Positions 17,326 to 25,524 of a stretch of 26,386 nt of DNA are shown here, piece by piece (the first letter of the stretch is position 1; each line of letters starts with the position of its first letter). The notes beneath the pieces were generated by a model. That model searched no databases and was not told the origin of the DNA. It saw only the letters and a list, made by a program, of their open reading frames with translations. The translations under genes and the position numbers were made by a program. Source of the stretch: Clostridia bacterium (GTDB taxonomy: Bacteria; Bacillota; Clostridia; HGM11514); the NCBI GenBank assembly GCA_045586685.1, contig JAZNAU010000006.1, positions 1-26,386 of the forward strand. The letters run 5' to 3'.

Positions 17326-17354
17326 ATTGTACTATAATATTCCCTGTATGTCAA
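17326..17354 (-). promoter_or_regulatory. SigA-type promoter of the GH109-like gene
   Basis: TTGACA-17 bp-TACAAT. Confidence 0.75.
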
Positions 17355-17471
17355 TATGATTAACCAAATTTTATATATAATTTAATAAAACGCTCTGTCC
17401 ATTTAACGGGCTTTTCTTCTGCTATAGAAACGTTCATTTAAGAATAATCATTGTAAATATTTCTGAGCATC

Positions 17472-17529
17472 TTTAAAAAAGAACACGCCCATCGTCATTC
17501 GGATGAGCGTTTTCTTTTTTATCCCACTT
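17472..17529 (-). repeat. Copy 2 of the direct repeat; serves as the spoIVB terminator and overlaps its stop codon
   Basis: TTTAAAAAAGAACACGCCCATCGTCATTCGGATGAGCGTTTTCTTTTTTATCCCACTT. Confidence 0.8.
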
Positions 17530-18556
17530 TCTCAGTCTCAGCAAGCATATTCTCAATAAATATTCCATAACCGCGGAGAGGATCGTTAACCAGCACATGG
17601 GTAACCGCACCAATCAACTTGCCGTTCTGAATAATGGGTGATCCCGACATTCCCTGAATAATACCGCCGGTTGCTTGAATCAACGTTTCGTCCGTTATTT
17701 TGATAATCATATCACGGGTTAACTGTTTTGGAAAGGGGGACACTTTTTGAATTTCAATTTCATAGGAAGAAGTTTCTGTCCCGTTGATACAGCACAAAAT
17801 TTCTGCCTTCCCTTCTTTGATTTCATGTTTTTCCGCTACAGGAATAGGCTCATGTTCAGGAAACTTAGACGCATCCGTTGCAGTGCCGAAAATACCGTTT
17901 CGGTTATTCACTGTAATCCAGCCTGTCGGTTCGCCAAAGCTTCCCCGCAGCTCCCCGGGTGAACCTGCCTCTCCTTGTTTGACTGCTATAATGGAGGCAG
18001 AAAGAACCTCGCCTTGATAGACTTTTAAAATATCGTTGGTATCCATATCGCAGATCGCATGACCCAAAGCACCAAAATTACCGGTTACAGGGTCATAATA
18101 GGTCATGGTTCCGATTCCTGCAGTGCTGTCCCGTACCCATGCACCCATATAAAAGCTGTTGTCAACATTGCTTTTTTGGGGAGTTACAGTGAGAGTCAGT
18201 TCTTTTTCGCCTCTGGAGATCCCCACTTTCATGGACTTACCGGAGGAATCTTGGACAGCTTGGCGAAGCTCTTGCATATTCCGTATTGGTTGACCGTCCA
18301 CAAATCGAATCACGTCACCTTGTTTTATTTTTGCGTCAGCTGAGGGATTTTCCATTGATTCTTCTGTTTCAAATTCAGAAATCCCGATAACCAAAACCCC
18401 ATCCGTTTCTATTTTAACACCAATGGGATTCCCGCACGGAACCAACATTTTAGGACCGGTTGCCACTACTGCTGCCGGAGCGGAAGGCAAGGAAAACGCA
18501 ACCAAAAGTCCTGTAATCATTACTGCCAAAACAAAAAATTTGGTTTTGCGGTACAA
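17519..18556 (-). CDS. spoIVB: SpoIVB peptidase (PDZ + S55)
   Basis: WVRDSTAGIGTMT, GALGH, GSPGEL and TGGIIQGMSGSPIIQNGKLIGAVTHV. Confidence 0.95.
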   Translation of the reverse strand: MYRKTKFFVLAVMITGLLVAFSLPSAPAAVVATGPKMLVPCGNPIGVKIETDGVLVIGISEFETEESMENPSADAKIKQGDVIRFVDGQPIRNMQELRQAVQDSSGKSMKVGISRGEKELTLTVTPQKSNVDNSFYMGAWVRDSTAGIGTMTYYDPVTGNFGALGHAICDMDTNDILKVYQGEVLSASIIAVKQGEAGSPGELRGSFGEPTGWITVNNRNGIFGTATDASKFPEHEPIPVAEKHEIKEGKAEILCCINGTETSSYEIEIQKVSPFPKQLTRDMIIKITDETLIQATGGIIQGMSGSPIIQNGKLIGAVTHVLVNDPLRGYGIFIENMLAETEKVG

Positions 18557-18597
18557 AAAACCACGCTCCCTTTTTTAAAAAATAGAGGATACAGGTT

Positions 18598-18627
18598 TAA
18601 GTTGTCCGAAAACCAACTGTTCTATGC
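18598..18627 (-). promoter_or_regulatory. SigF-like forespore promoter of spoIVB
   Basis: GCATA-15 bp-GGACAACTTA versus the SigF consensus GYWTA-N15-GGnnAnAnTw; spoIVB is SigF/SigG-dependent in B. subtilis. Confidence 0.6.
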
Positions 18628-18830
18628 TGATGATTCTTTGGGTTTGTATGAAAATTTTCGCTTGTTTTATTATTTTTTGAAAAATTTAAAATTTTAAACA
18701 GGAATTTTTATCCACATCAAGCTAGTACGATGCCTATAGTGTGAATTGCTTTTTAAAAATTACCAAATTTTTTTATTATCCAAATATAAGAATTCGGACA
18801 AGATTTAAAATTCTCTTTTGGGATGATCGG

Positions 18831-18859
18831 TTGACAATTATGGCTTGGTTCTATATAAT
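18831..18859 (+). promoter_or_regulatory. SigA-type promoter of bioY
   Basis: TTGACA-17 bp-TATAAT, perfect consensus. Confidence 0.85.
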
Positions 18860-18880
18860 ATAAAGAAGGAGCTGAAAAAA

Positions 18881-19387
18881 ATGAAAACAAAAGAAATGTT
18901 GTTAAGCGGATTGTTCGGGGCACTGACTGCCATTTTTTCTCAAATTATTATACCGATGGGTGTTGTGCCTGTAAGTCTTGCTACACTAAGCGTTATGCTT
19001 AGCACGTCATTTCTTGGTAAAAAATGGGGCACCTTGAGTCAAATTGTTTACTTATCACTGGGAATTATGGGACTTCCGGTGTTTCACGGAATGCAGGGCG
19101 GAATCGGTATTTTAATGGGTCCTACAGGTGGATTTTTGATGGGTTATCCCCTTTTTGCCTGGATTATGGGTTGGATGATTGAAAAGAATTGCCCTATTGT
19201 TTTTTCTATGATTGCGGGAACAGTTGGTTGTTATCTTTTAGGTTGTATCTGGTTTTGGATATTGACAAAGGGAACGATATGGAGTGTATTACTTTCTTGC
19301 ATGATTCCCTTTTTGCCGATTGACGGATTAAAAATAATGATTGTATGGTGGATTTCCAAACGATTAAAAGGAAAAAGTTTTTTATAA
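18881..19387 (+). CDS. bioY: Biotin transporter BioY (ECF S component)
   Basis: VPVSLATL, YLSLGIMGLPVF, GPTGGFLMGY and PFLPIDGLK; SD AAGGAG before ATG 18881. Confidence 0.92.
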   Translation: MKTKEMLLSGLFGALTAIFSQIIIPMGVVPVSLATLSVMLSTSFLGKKWGTLSQIVYLSLGIMGLPVFHGMQGGIGILMGPTGGFLMGYPLFAWIMGWMIEKNCPIVFSMIAGTVGCYLLGCIWFWILTKGTIWSVLLSCMIPFLPIDGLKIMIVWWISKRLKGKSFL

Positions 19388-19407
19388 AAACAGGAGGTTT
19401 TTTATTG

Positions 19408-20640
19408 ATGTTGTGTTTACATTGCTTTTATAGATATCCCAAAGCAGCCAAATGCCCTAAATGCGGATGGAGCGAAGAAAAAAGGAACCCCGAGGGCACC
19501 TTGCCCCTTGGAAAAATATTAGCAGATCGTTATCAAATTGGCGGTGTGCTGCATCAGAAAGGGGAAAGAACAGTATATTCCTGTTGGGACAGTAACGAAA
19601 AAAGGGTGATTGAATTAACAGAAATTCCCACAAAGCATCCGAACAGATGGAAAAAATGGGGTGGGTTTTTGTATAATGGGAAGGTATATGCCGTAAATCC
19701 TCCTGAAAAACTGCCAAGAAGGAAATGGCCTGTAGTGGCGGTTCTGATTTTGTTGTTGGGAATTGGCAGTGCGGGATTGTTTTATTTTCTAACCCGTCCG
19801 GTTGTCTGGCTGCCGGAATCTGCTTTTACTTCTTATGAGCAGGTATTAAAAGGGGTTCGGATTACAGTCATTCCGGACGAAGAATACACGTCCCGTTTAC
19901 AGGAAGCAAGCAAACTGCCTGATGCTTTTTATCGGGAAGGTTTTAGCGGAAATTTGAAAAGCGTTGCCAAACAAATTGATTTTGAAAAGCTTGGAAAACA
20001 AGAATTTTCCAAAGCATATCCTTCGGGCCTTGAGATGCCTACCGCTTGGTATGCCACCGTTTTATATACTCACACAAAAAAGGAAACCATCTCCCCTGAG
20101 CAGTTATTTTCAGGCAAAGAAAAGGTTTGTGTTGCAGAAGATAACTGGGACGATTTGATGATGGTATGGACAAACGATTTTAAAGGAACAGAAAAAGAAC
20201 TAAACCTTGTAATTTCTGTTTATAAAAAACAAAAGTTTACTCCCCTTAAGGACAATCATACCGATTGGTTTACAGCCAAAAAGATCGATTGGCTTGTTGA
20301 CGATACCTTGGAACGGGGCTATTTGACCCGCTTTGGTTCTATGATTCCTTTGGAACGGCAAGGAAAAATAACAGGATGTTACGGTGCTCATTGGTGTTTG
20401 GGGACAGAAGATGGATATGGAATACTAAAGCTATTGTTAAGTGACGAAGCACAAAGTGACGTATTTGCCGATTCCAAGTTGCTTCCTCTATCTGAAAATG
20501 CTTTAATATCCATCGTAGAGAAGGAACCCGCTCTTGGATTTTTACTGGAAAAAGAAAGGGATTTGTTTGGAGAAAACAGAGCAGAGGCTTATCAGGAAAA
20601 CAATAGAATCTATAAAAAAATAGAATCCCTTCAAAAATAA
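19408..20640 (+). CDS. Membrane protein: zinc ribbon + degenerate Ser/Thr kinase N-lobe fragment + TM + solute-binding-protein-like ectodomain
   Basis: SD AGGAGG; CLHC...CPKCG; LPLGKILADRYQIGGVL...VYSCWD; TM WPVVAVLILLLGIGSAGLFYFL; LPDAF and MPTAWYATVLY. Confidence 0.6.
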   Translation: MLCLHCFYRYPKAAKCPKCGWSEEKRNPEGTLPLGKILADRYQIGGVLHQKGERTVYSCWDSNEKRVIELTEIPTKHPNRWKKWGGFLYNGKVYAVNPPEKLPRRKWPVVAVLILLLGIGSAGLFYFLTRPVVWLPESAFTSYEQVLKGVRITVIPDEEYTSRLQEASKLPDAFYREGFSGNLKSVAKQIDFEKLGKQEFSKAYPSGLEMPTAWYATVLYTHTKKETISPEQLFSGKEKVCVAEDNWDDLMMVWTNDFKGTEKELNLVISVYKKQKFTPLKDNHTDWFTAKKIDWLVDDTLERGYLTRFGSMIPLERQGKITGCYGAHWCLGTEDGYGILKLLLSDEAQSDVFADSKLLPLSENALISIVEKEPALGFLLEKERDLFGENRAEAYQENNRIYKKIESLQK

Positions 20641-20650
20641 GAAGGAATTC
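20614..20650 (-). terminator. Intrinsic terminator of the DUF1836 gene
   Basis: GAATTCCTTC-TTATTTTT-GAAGGGATTC followed by TATTTTTTT. Confidence 0.6.
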
Positions 20651-20653
20651 CTA

Positions 20654-21160
20654 TCATTGATCCAACGAAATCAATTTATCAGTAAGTACCATCTGGGCAA
20701 AGGTGACGGTCATGGAGCGAAGGAGCGAAAGCTCTGGCTGCTCCTTTTTTTCATACGTACGAGGAGGAAATTTCTTTGGCTCAAAAGCACTTTTTAAGGC
20801 ATATTCCATTTCCTCACAAAAAAGGTTATATGCGTTTTCCGTCTGATACACCTTTCTCATTCGGGTAATAATTTTTCCTAAGGCAGAAATATTCATCAAT
20901 CGTTTCATTGTAAAAATAACAAAAAAGCACGCCAAATGCTCTCTGGAATATTTTTTCTTTGTGGGTGGGGACACAATTTTTTGTTTTACATAATTGTTAA
21001 TCATGGTAGGGGTCACCGAACCCTCTTTGTCAAAAGGAGAAAGCAGTTCTTGTAAGTATAGAACCACCTGATCAATATATAAATCAAGTTGAGGAAGCTC
21101 CTCCCATCTGGGAAAGTGATACTGTATCATTTGTTCGGTTAATTCTTTCATTTTCATCAC
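20654..21160 (-). CDS. DUF1836 family protein (putative HTH regulator)
   Basis: PRWEELPQLDLYIDQV and TPTMINNYVKQKIVSPPTKKKYSREHLA. Confidence 0.88.
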   Translation of the reverse strand: MMKMKELTEQMIQYHFPRWEELPQLDLYIDQVVLYLQELLSPFDKEGSVTPTMINNYVKQKIVSPPTKKKYSREHLACFFVIFTMKRLMNISALGKIITRMRKVYQTENAYNLFCEEMEYALKSAFEPKKFPPRTYEKKEQPELSLLRSMTVTFAQMVLTDKLISLDQ

Positions 21161-21168
21161 CCAAGGTT

Positions 21169-21229
21169 ATTATATCAGCTTTTTCTTTTTTCGTCAAGGA
21201 TTGATTTTTTCATAAAAATAGTATATAAT
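21169..21229. promoter_or_regulatory. Back-to-back divergent SigA promoters (DUF1836 and nfeD)
   Basis: Minus strand TTGACG-17-TATAAT (21197-21169); plus strand TTGATT-17-TATAAT (21201-21229). Confidence 0.75.
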
Positions 21230-21262
21230 AAAAGTAAATAATTCCATAAAGGAGGAATTGTA

Positions 21263-21700
21263 ATGGATCAGACCATGTTTTGGTTTTGGTTAGTCGCCGC
21301 AGTGGTACTGTCGGTGGTGGAGGCGGCAACGACCAGTCTTGTAACCATCTGGTTTGCAGGAGGAGCGGTGCTGGCAATGCTCTGTGCCTGGGTAGGAATC
21401 GGTTATGCGGGACAGCTGGCAGTGTTTGTGATGGGCAGTCTGATTCTTTTGTTGCTTACAAGGCCCTTGGCAAAACGTGTCCTTCATCAGGACGGTCAAC
21501 CTACCAATGCAGACCGTATTATCGGCCAAAAGGGTGTTGTTACAGAGGAATTGAATCAGCTTAACGGAACAGGAAGAATTACCGTGATGGGCCAAAGCTG
21601 GGCTGCGGTATCTGAGGACGGGGCAATTATTGGTCCTGAAGAACAGGTAGTTGTAAGCGGAATCCAAGGAGTCAAAGCGATTGTAAGAAAAGGAGAATGA
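21263..21700 (+). CDS. NfeD family membrane protein (short form)
   Basis: Hydrophobic N-terminus, TNADRIIGQKGVV and GQSWAA OB-fold; ATGA overlap with the SPFH gene. Confidence 0.9.
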   Translation: MDQTMFWFWLVAAVVLSVVEAATTSLVTIWFAGGAVLAMLCAWVGIGYAGQLAVFVMGSLILLLLTRPLAKRVLHQDGQPTNADRIIGQKGVVTEELNQLNGTGRITVMGQSWAAVSEDGAIIGPEEQVVVSGIQGVKAIVRKGE

Positions 21701-22593
21701 AAATGGGTATTTTAGGCTTTTTGTTTTTATTGATTGTTGTTTTAATCATTGTTATTTCCAACATTAAGATTGTATCTCAGGCAACCTGTATGGTTGTGGA
21801 ACGGTTAGGGGTATTCCATGCCGCATGGGGAACAGGCTTTCATTTTAAAATTCCTTTTTTGGAACGGATTGTAAAAAAAGTTTCCTTAAAAGAACAAGTG
21901 GTAGATTTTGCTCCCCAACCGGTGATTACCAAGGATAATGTTACCATGCAGATTGATACGGTTGTGTATTTTCAGATTACCGACCCCAAGCTTTATGTCT
22001 ACGGAGTTGAGCACCCCATGGCGGCCATTGAAAATTTAACCGCTACCACCTTGCGTAATATTATTGGTGATTTGGAGCTGGACGAAACTCTTACCTCCCG
22101 TGATTTGATTAACACGAAAATGCGTGCCATTTTGGACGAAGCCACAGACCCTTGGGGTATCAAAATCAACCGTGTGGAATTAAAAAACATTTTGCCTCCC
22201 AAGGAAATTCGGGATGCCATGGAAAAGCAGATGAAGGCAGAGCGGGAACGCCGTGAATCTATTTTAAAGGCAGAAGGAGAAAAGAAAGCAGCCATTTTGG
22301 TAGCAGAAGGAAATAAACAATCCATCATTCTGGAAGCAGAAGCAGCAAAAGAAGCAGCAATCCGTAATGCAGAGGGTGAGGCACAAGCTATTTTAGCGGT
22401 ACAAGAAGCAGTTGCCCAGGGAATTCGATTGATTAACGATGCCGCCCCCGGTCAGGGCGTGATTGCCTTAAAGAGTTTGGAAGCATTGGAAAAACTGGCA
22501 AACGGTACTGCAACCAAAATTGTAGTTCCTTCCGACATTCAGTCTTTAGCAGGCTTAGCAGTCAGTGCTCAGGAATTGCTTTCAAAAGAATAA
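21697..22593 (+). CDS. SPFH/band 7 (QmcA/stomatin-like) protein
   Basis: VVERLG, VITKDNV, TTLRNIIG, LDETLTSRD, WGIKINRVE and QMKAERERR. Confidence 0.95.
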   Translation: MKMGILGFLFLLIVVLIIVISNIKIVSQATCMVVERLGVFHAAWGTGFHFKIPFLERIVKKVSLKEQVVDFAPQPVITKDNVTMQIDTVVYFQITDPKLYVYGVEHPMAAIENLTATTLRNIIGDLELDETLTSRDLINTKMRAILDEATDPWGIKINRVELKNILPPKEIRDAMEKQMKAERERRESILKAEGEKKAAILVAEGNKQSIILEAEAAKEAAIRNAEGEAQAILAVQEAVAQGIRLINDAAPGQGVIALKSLEALEKLANGTATKIVVPSDIQSLAGLAVSAQELLSKE

Positions 22594-22604
22594 AATAGAC
22601 AAAC

Positions 22605-22636
22605 AAAGGGGAGCGGTCAAAAACCGCTCCCTTTTT
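22605..22636. terminator. Bidirectional intrinsic terminator
   Basis: GGGAGCGGT-CAAAA-ACCGCTCCC followed by TTTTT, between convergent genes. Confidence 0.85.
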
Positions 22637-22640
22637 GCTT

Positions 22641-22931
22641 TTATTTATTGTTTTCTCCAGTCATATCATCTTTGATATCTTTGCCGGCATCTTTGATTGC
22701 CTTCCCCGTGTCTTCCACACCTTTTTTCATATCTTCTCCTATGTTTTCTGCGCCATTTTTCATATCCTTCCCTGCGTCTTCAATGCTGTCCGGAAGATTT
22801 GGTGCGGGAGAATTTGTTACAGCGGGATTAGGAGAGGTGGTGGTAGAGTTATTATTTTTGTTTCTGTCTCCGCATGCCGTTAACAGTCCCAGCAAGAGCA
22901 ATGTCACAATTGCAATATTCCATTTTTTCAT
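22641..22931 (-). CDS. Small low-complexity lipoprotein
   Basis: Lipobox LTAC, an N/T/S/P linker and amphipathic repeats (DAGKDMKNGAE/NIGEDMKKGVE/DTGKAIK/DAGKDIK). Confidence 0.8.
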   Translation of the reverse strand: MKKWNIAIVTLLLLGLLTACGDRNKNNNSTTTSPNPAVTNSPAPNLPDSIEDAGKDMKNGAENIGEDMKKGVEDTGKAIKDAGKDIKDDMTGENNK

Positions 22932-23036
22932 GGTAATCTGCCTTTCTGCCCACAATCATATTTTAGCGCTTACCGTGGGCAGATAAGTCGCAGCCGACTG
23001 TTTCGGCTGATTCTATTATAGGCAGATTGGAAAAAA

Positions 23037-23708
23037 TTATGCATCTAATGTTAAACTGCAATTCTGGTTGAACAGTTCAACAATCTCTTCTTCGCTCACG
23101 TCCGTAGGAACTTCAATAGAAAATTTATAGGTTCTGCTTTCCAAATTTTTGGAAATATATGTATCCTGTACAATAATGTTTTTGTTTCTTAATAAATCGG
23201 TGGCATATTGTTGAAAACCAGGCTCCGTCACGTTGTACACCGACAGAGTCTTATATTTGGGTAAGGACACCCATTTTGGATTTTTATGCAGTAAAATTTG
23301 GGCAGACAATAAAACAAATGTGGAAGCAACGCCAATCAGATACAGCCCCGCACCGATTGCCATACCGATTCCGGAGGTTGCCCAGATACCTGCAGCAGTG
23401 GTCAGACCCGTAACCGTTTTTTTCTGAATAAAAATAATACCGGCGCCCAAAAAACCCACACCGCTGACAATCTGTGCCGCCACACGGGCGGGGTCTAATT
23501 TAGTATCTGTCAGCTCCAAAAAATCTGTCATATCAAAAAAGCCGTATTTGGAAATAACCATCATCAATGCCGCACCGCAAGCCACCACACAGTGGGTTCT
23601 GATGCCCGCTTCTTTTGCTCTGTTTCTCCGCTCCATTCCAATAAATATTCCGCAAATTGCGGCAACCAAAATGCGAAAAATCATTTCTAAATTCATTGCA
23701 ATATTCAT
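23037..23708 (-). CDS. MgtC/SapB family membrane protein
   Basis: IGMER, AGIRTH, DPARVAAQIVSGVGFLGAG and GLTTAAGIW. Confidence 0.93.
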   Translation of the reverse strand: MNIAMNLEMIFRILVAAICGIFIGMERRNRAKEAGIRTHCVVACGAALMMVISKYGFFDMTDFLELTDTKLDPARVAAQIVSGVGFLGAGIIFIQKKTVTGLTTAAGIWATSGIGMAIGAGLYLIGVASTFVLLSAQILLHKNPKWVSLPKYKTLSVYNVTEPGFQQYATDLLRNKNIIVQDTYISKNLESRTYKFSIEVPTDVSEEEIVELFNQNCSLTLDA

Positions 23709-23712
23709 TTTT

Positions 23713-24750
23713 CTACTTCCTTCCTTTGACATCTCCTCGAGCAGTGACCACTCGATACCCTGCCTCTTCTACTTTTTTGACCAGTTTTTCTTTTCCTTCT
23801 GCCGCCTCTTCTCCCGTACTGATTTTGTTGTCGTATAAGGAATACAGCTTTCTGAGGCGTGTAGGAGAAAGATTTGGCATTACCACATTGGCACCCGCTT
23901 GCAATCCTAACTCTCTGCCTTTGGGATGTAATGTTCCCAAAGCGGTGGTTGCAGGAAGCAGGACATGAGGAAACATAAGCCGTAAAATGGAAATCAGCCG
24001 TAGGGTCACATGTAAATCTCCATTTGGTTCTTCTTTAAAAGGGGTTTGCCCATGATGAAGAAACGGCCCGATTCCAACCATGTCAGGCTGCAGCTTTTGT
24101 AAAAATAGCAAGTCCTCTGCCAGATACTCTTTTTTTTGACCGGGGGAACCCACCATAAAGCCACTCCCTACCTGATATCCTATTTCCTTTAAAGCAAACA
24201 AACATTTCGTGCGGTTTTTTAAACTTAATTCCGAAGGGTGCAAATGACGGTAATGGCAGTCCACTGCTGTTTCATGCCGTAACAAATAGCGGTCAGCTCC
24301 GGCATCAAACAGTTGTTGATAGCTTTGTCGTGAACGTTCTCCCAATGAAAGGGTCACGGCACAGTCGTGATATTTCTCTTTAATTTGAGAAATCGTACCG
24401 CACAACCACTCATCCGTATGAGCACCATCCTCTCCCCCTTGCAAAACAAAGGTACGGAATCCAAGCTCATATCCCTTTTGACAACAATCTAAAATGTCCT
24501 CTCGGGTTAAACGATATCGTGCAATCCCCTTGTTGTCCCTACGGATACCGCAATAATAACAGTTATTTTTGCAGTGATTGGAAATTTCAATCAACCCTCT
24601 GATATAAACATCCTTGCCATAGTGTTGCTGGCGAACCTTATCCGCTAAAATTCGCAACTCCTCTTCCGCTTCTTCTTCCCATATTAACTGAATCAGTTGT
24701 TCTTTCGGTAATGTTTTTTTCTCGTAAAGCTGTTGTACAAGTGAATTCAT
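23713..24750 (-). CDS. hydE: [FeFe]-hydrogenase maturase HydE-like radical SAM enzyme
   Basis: RGLIEISNHCKNNCYYCGIR, LQGGED, RYLLRHETA, PATTAL, GANVVMPN and YSLYDNK. Confidence 0.85.
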   Translation of the reverse strand: MNSLVQQLYEKKTLPKEQLIQLIWEEEAEEELRILADKVRQQHYGKDVYIRGLIEISNHCKNNCYYCGIRRDNKGIARYRLTREDILDCCQKGYELGFRTFVLQGGEDGAHTDEWLCGTISQIKEKYHDCAVTLSLGERSRQSYQQLFDAGADRYLLRHETAVDCHYRHLHPSELSLKNRTKCLFALKEIGYQVGSGFMVGSPGQKKEYLAEDLLFLQKLQPDMVGIGPFLHHGQTPFKEEPNGDLHVTLRLISILRLMFPHVLLPATTALGTLHPKGRELGLQAGANVVMPNLSPTRLRKLYSLYDNKISTGEEAAEGKEKLVKKVEEAGYRVVTARGDVKGRK

Positions 24751-25439
24751 ACGGATTCCTCCTGACTTAATTCACGGATGACCTGTCCTGCTAAAATCAG
24801 CCCCGCCGCAGAGGGAACCCAGGCAACACTTCCCGGAAAAGAAGTTTCGGTTTTGATTGCTTCCTCTGTGGAAAATACCACTTTTACATCTTTGATATTT
24901 CGTTGTTTTAATTCCCGTCTCATCACCCTTGCAAGAGGGCAAACCGAGGTTTTAAAAATATCAGCTACCTGAAAACAACAAGCATCCAATTTGTTTCCTG
25001 CACCCATAGAACAAATGATTTTGGTTTCTGCCTTTTTCGCCTGTACAATTAGTTCAATTTTTCCCGTGACCGTATCAATGGCATCAATAATATAATCATA
25101 CTTGGAAAAGTCAAAAAGACATGCCGTTTCGGGGGAATAGAACACAGAATGACAAGTGACCGTACAATCCGGATTGATGTCGGCAATACGCTCCTTTGCC
25201 ACGTCTGTTTTGAACCGTCCCACTGTGGAATGAAGAGCATAAATCTGACGGTTTAGGTTACTGACGCTAACCTTGTCATGGTCAATTAAATCCAATGCGC
25301 CTACACCGCTTCTTGCCAATGTTTCCGCCGCATATCCGCCCACACCCCCAATGCCGAACACTGCTACACGGGAGGATTTTAACCGTTCCAATCCTTTTTT
25401 TCCTAATAACAGCTCCGTTCTGCTGAACTGATGTTCCAT
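24747..25439 (-). CDS. tcdA: tRNA threonylcarbamoyladenosine dehydratase (ThiF family)
   Basis: FSRTELLLG, GIGGVG, SNLNRQ, DAID, SMGAGNKLD, CPLARVMRREL and VVFSTE. Confidence 0.9.
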   Translation of the reverse strand: MEHQFSRTELLLGKKGLERLKSSRVAVFGIGGVGGYAAETLARSGVGALDLIDHDKVSVSNLNRQIYALHSTVGRFKTDVAKERIADINPDCTVTCHSVFYSPETACLFDFSKYDYIIDAIDTVTGKIELIVQAKKAETKIICSMGAGNKLDACCFQVADIFKTSVCPLARVMRRELKQRNIKDVKVVFSTEEAIKTETSFPGSVAWVPSAAGLILAGQVIRELSQEESV

Positions 25440-25459
25440 TCACTTTCTCCCCCTTTCCT

Positions 25460-25506
25460 AAAAACAAAAACGCACCAAAAACTTGCAACTTAGGTTTTTG
25501 ACACGT
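25460..25506 (-). terminator. Terminator-like hairpin inside the tcdA 5' leader
   Basis: ACGTGTCAAAAAC-11 nt-GTTTTTGGTGCGT followed by TTTTGTTTTT; 13-bp stem with 3 G-U pairs. Confidence 0.5.
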
Positions 25507-25524
25507 CTCCTATATCATGTTCCT

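Noticed and set aside
12023-17962. Numerous plus-strand ORFs, e.g. 12177..12680 and 15701..16294
   Set aside because: They lie antisense to well-supported minus-strand genes and lack recognisable domains or SD sites.
18805-18839. BirA operator upstream of bioY
   Set aside because: Only the right half-site GGTTGACAAT is present, and it coincides with the -35 box; no convincing left arm.
23713-24750. Biotin synthase BioB call for the radical SAM gene, given bioY nearby
   Set aside because: The motifs YLLRHET, GANVVMPN and YxLY fit HydE better.
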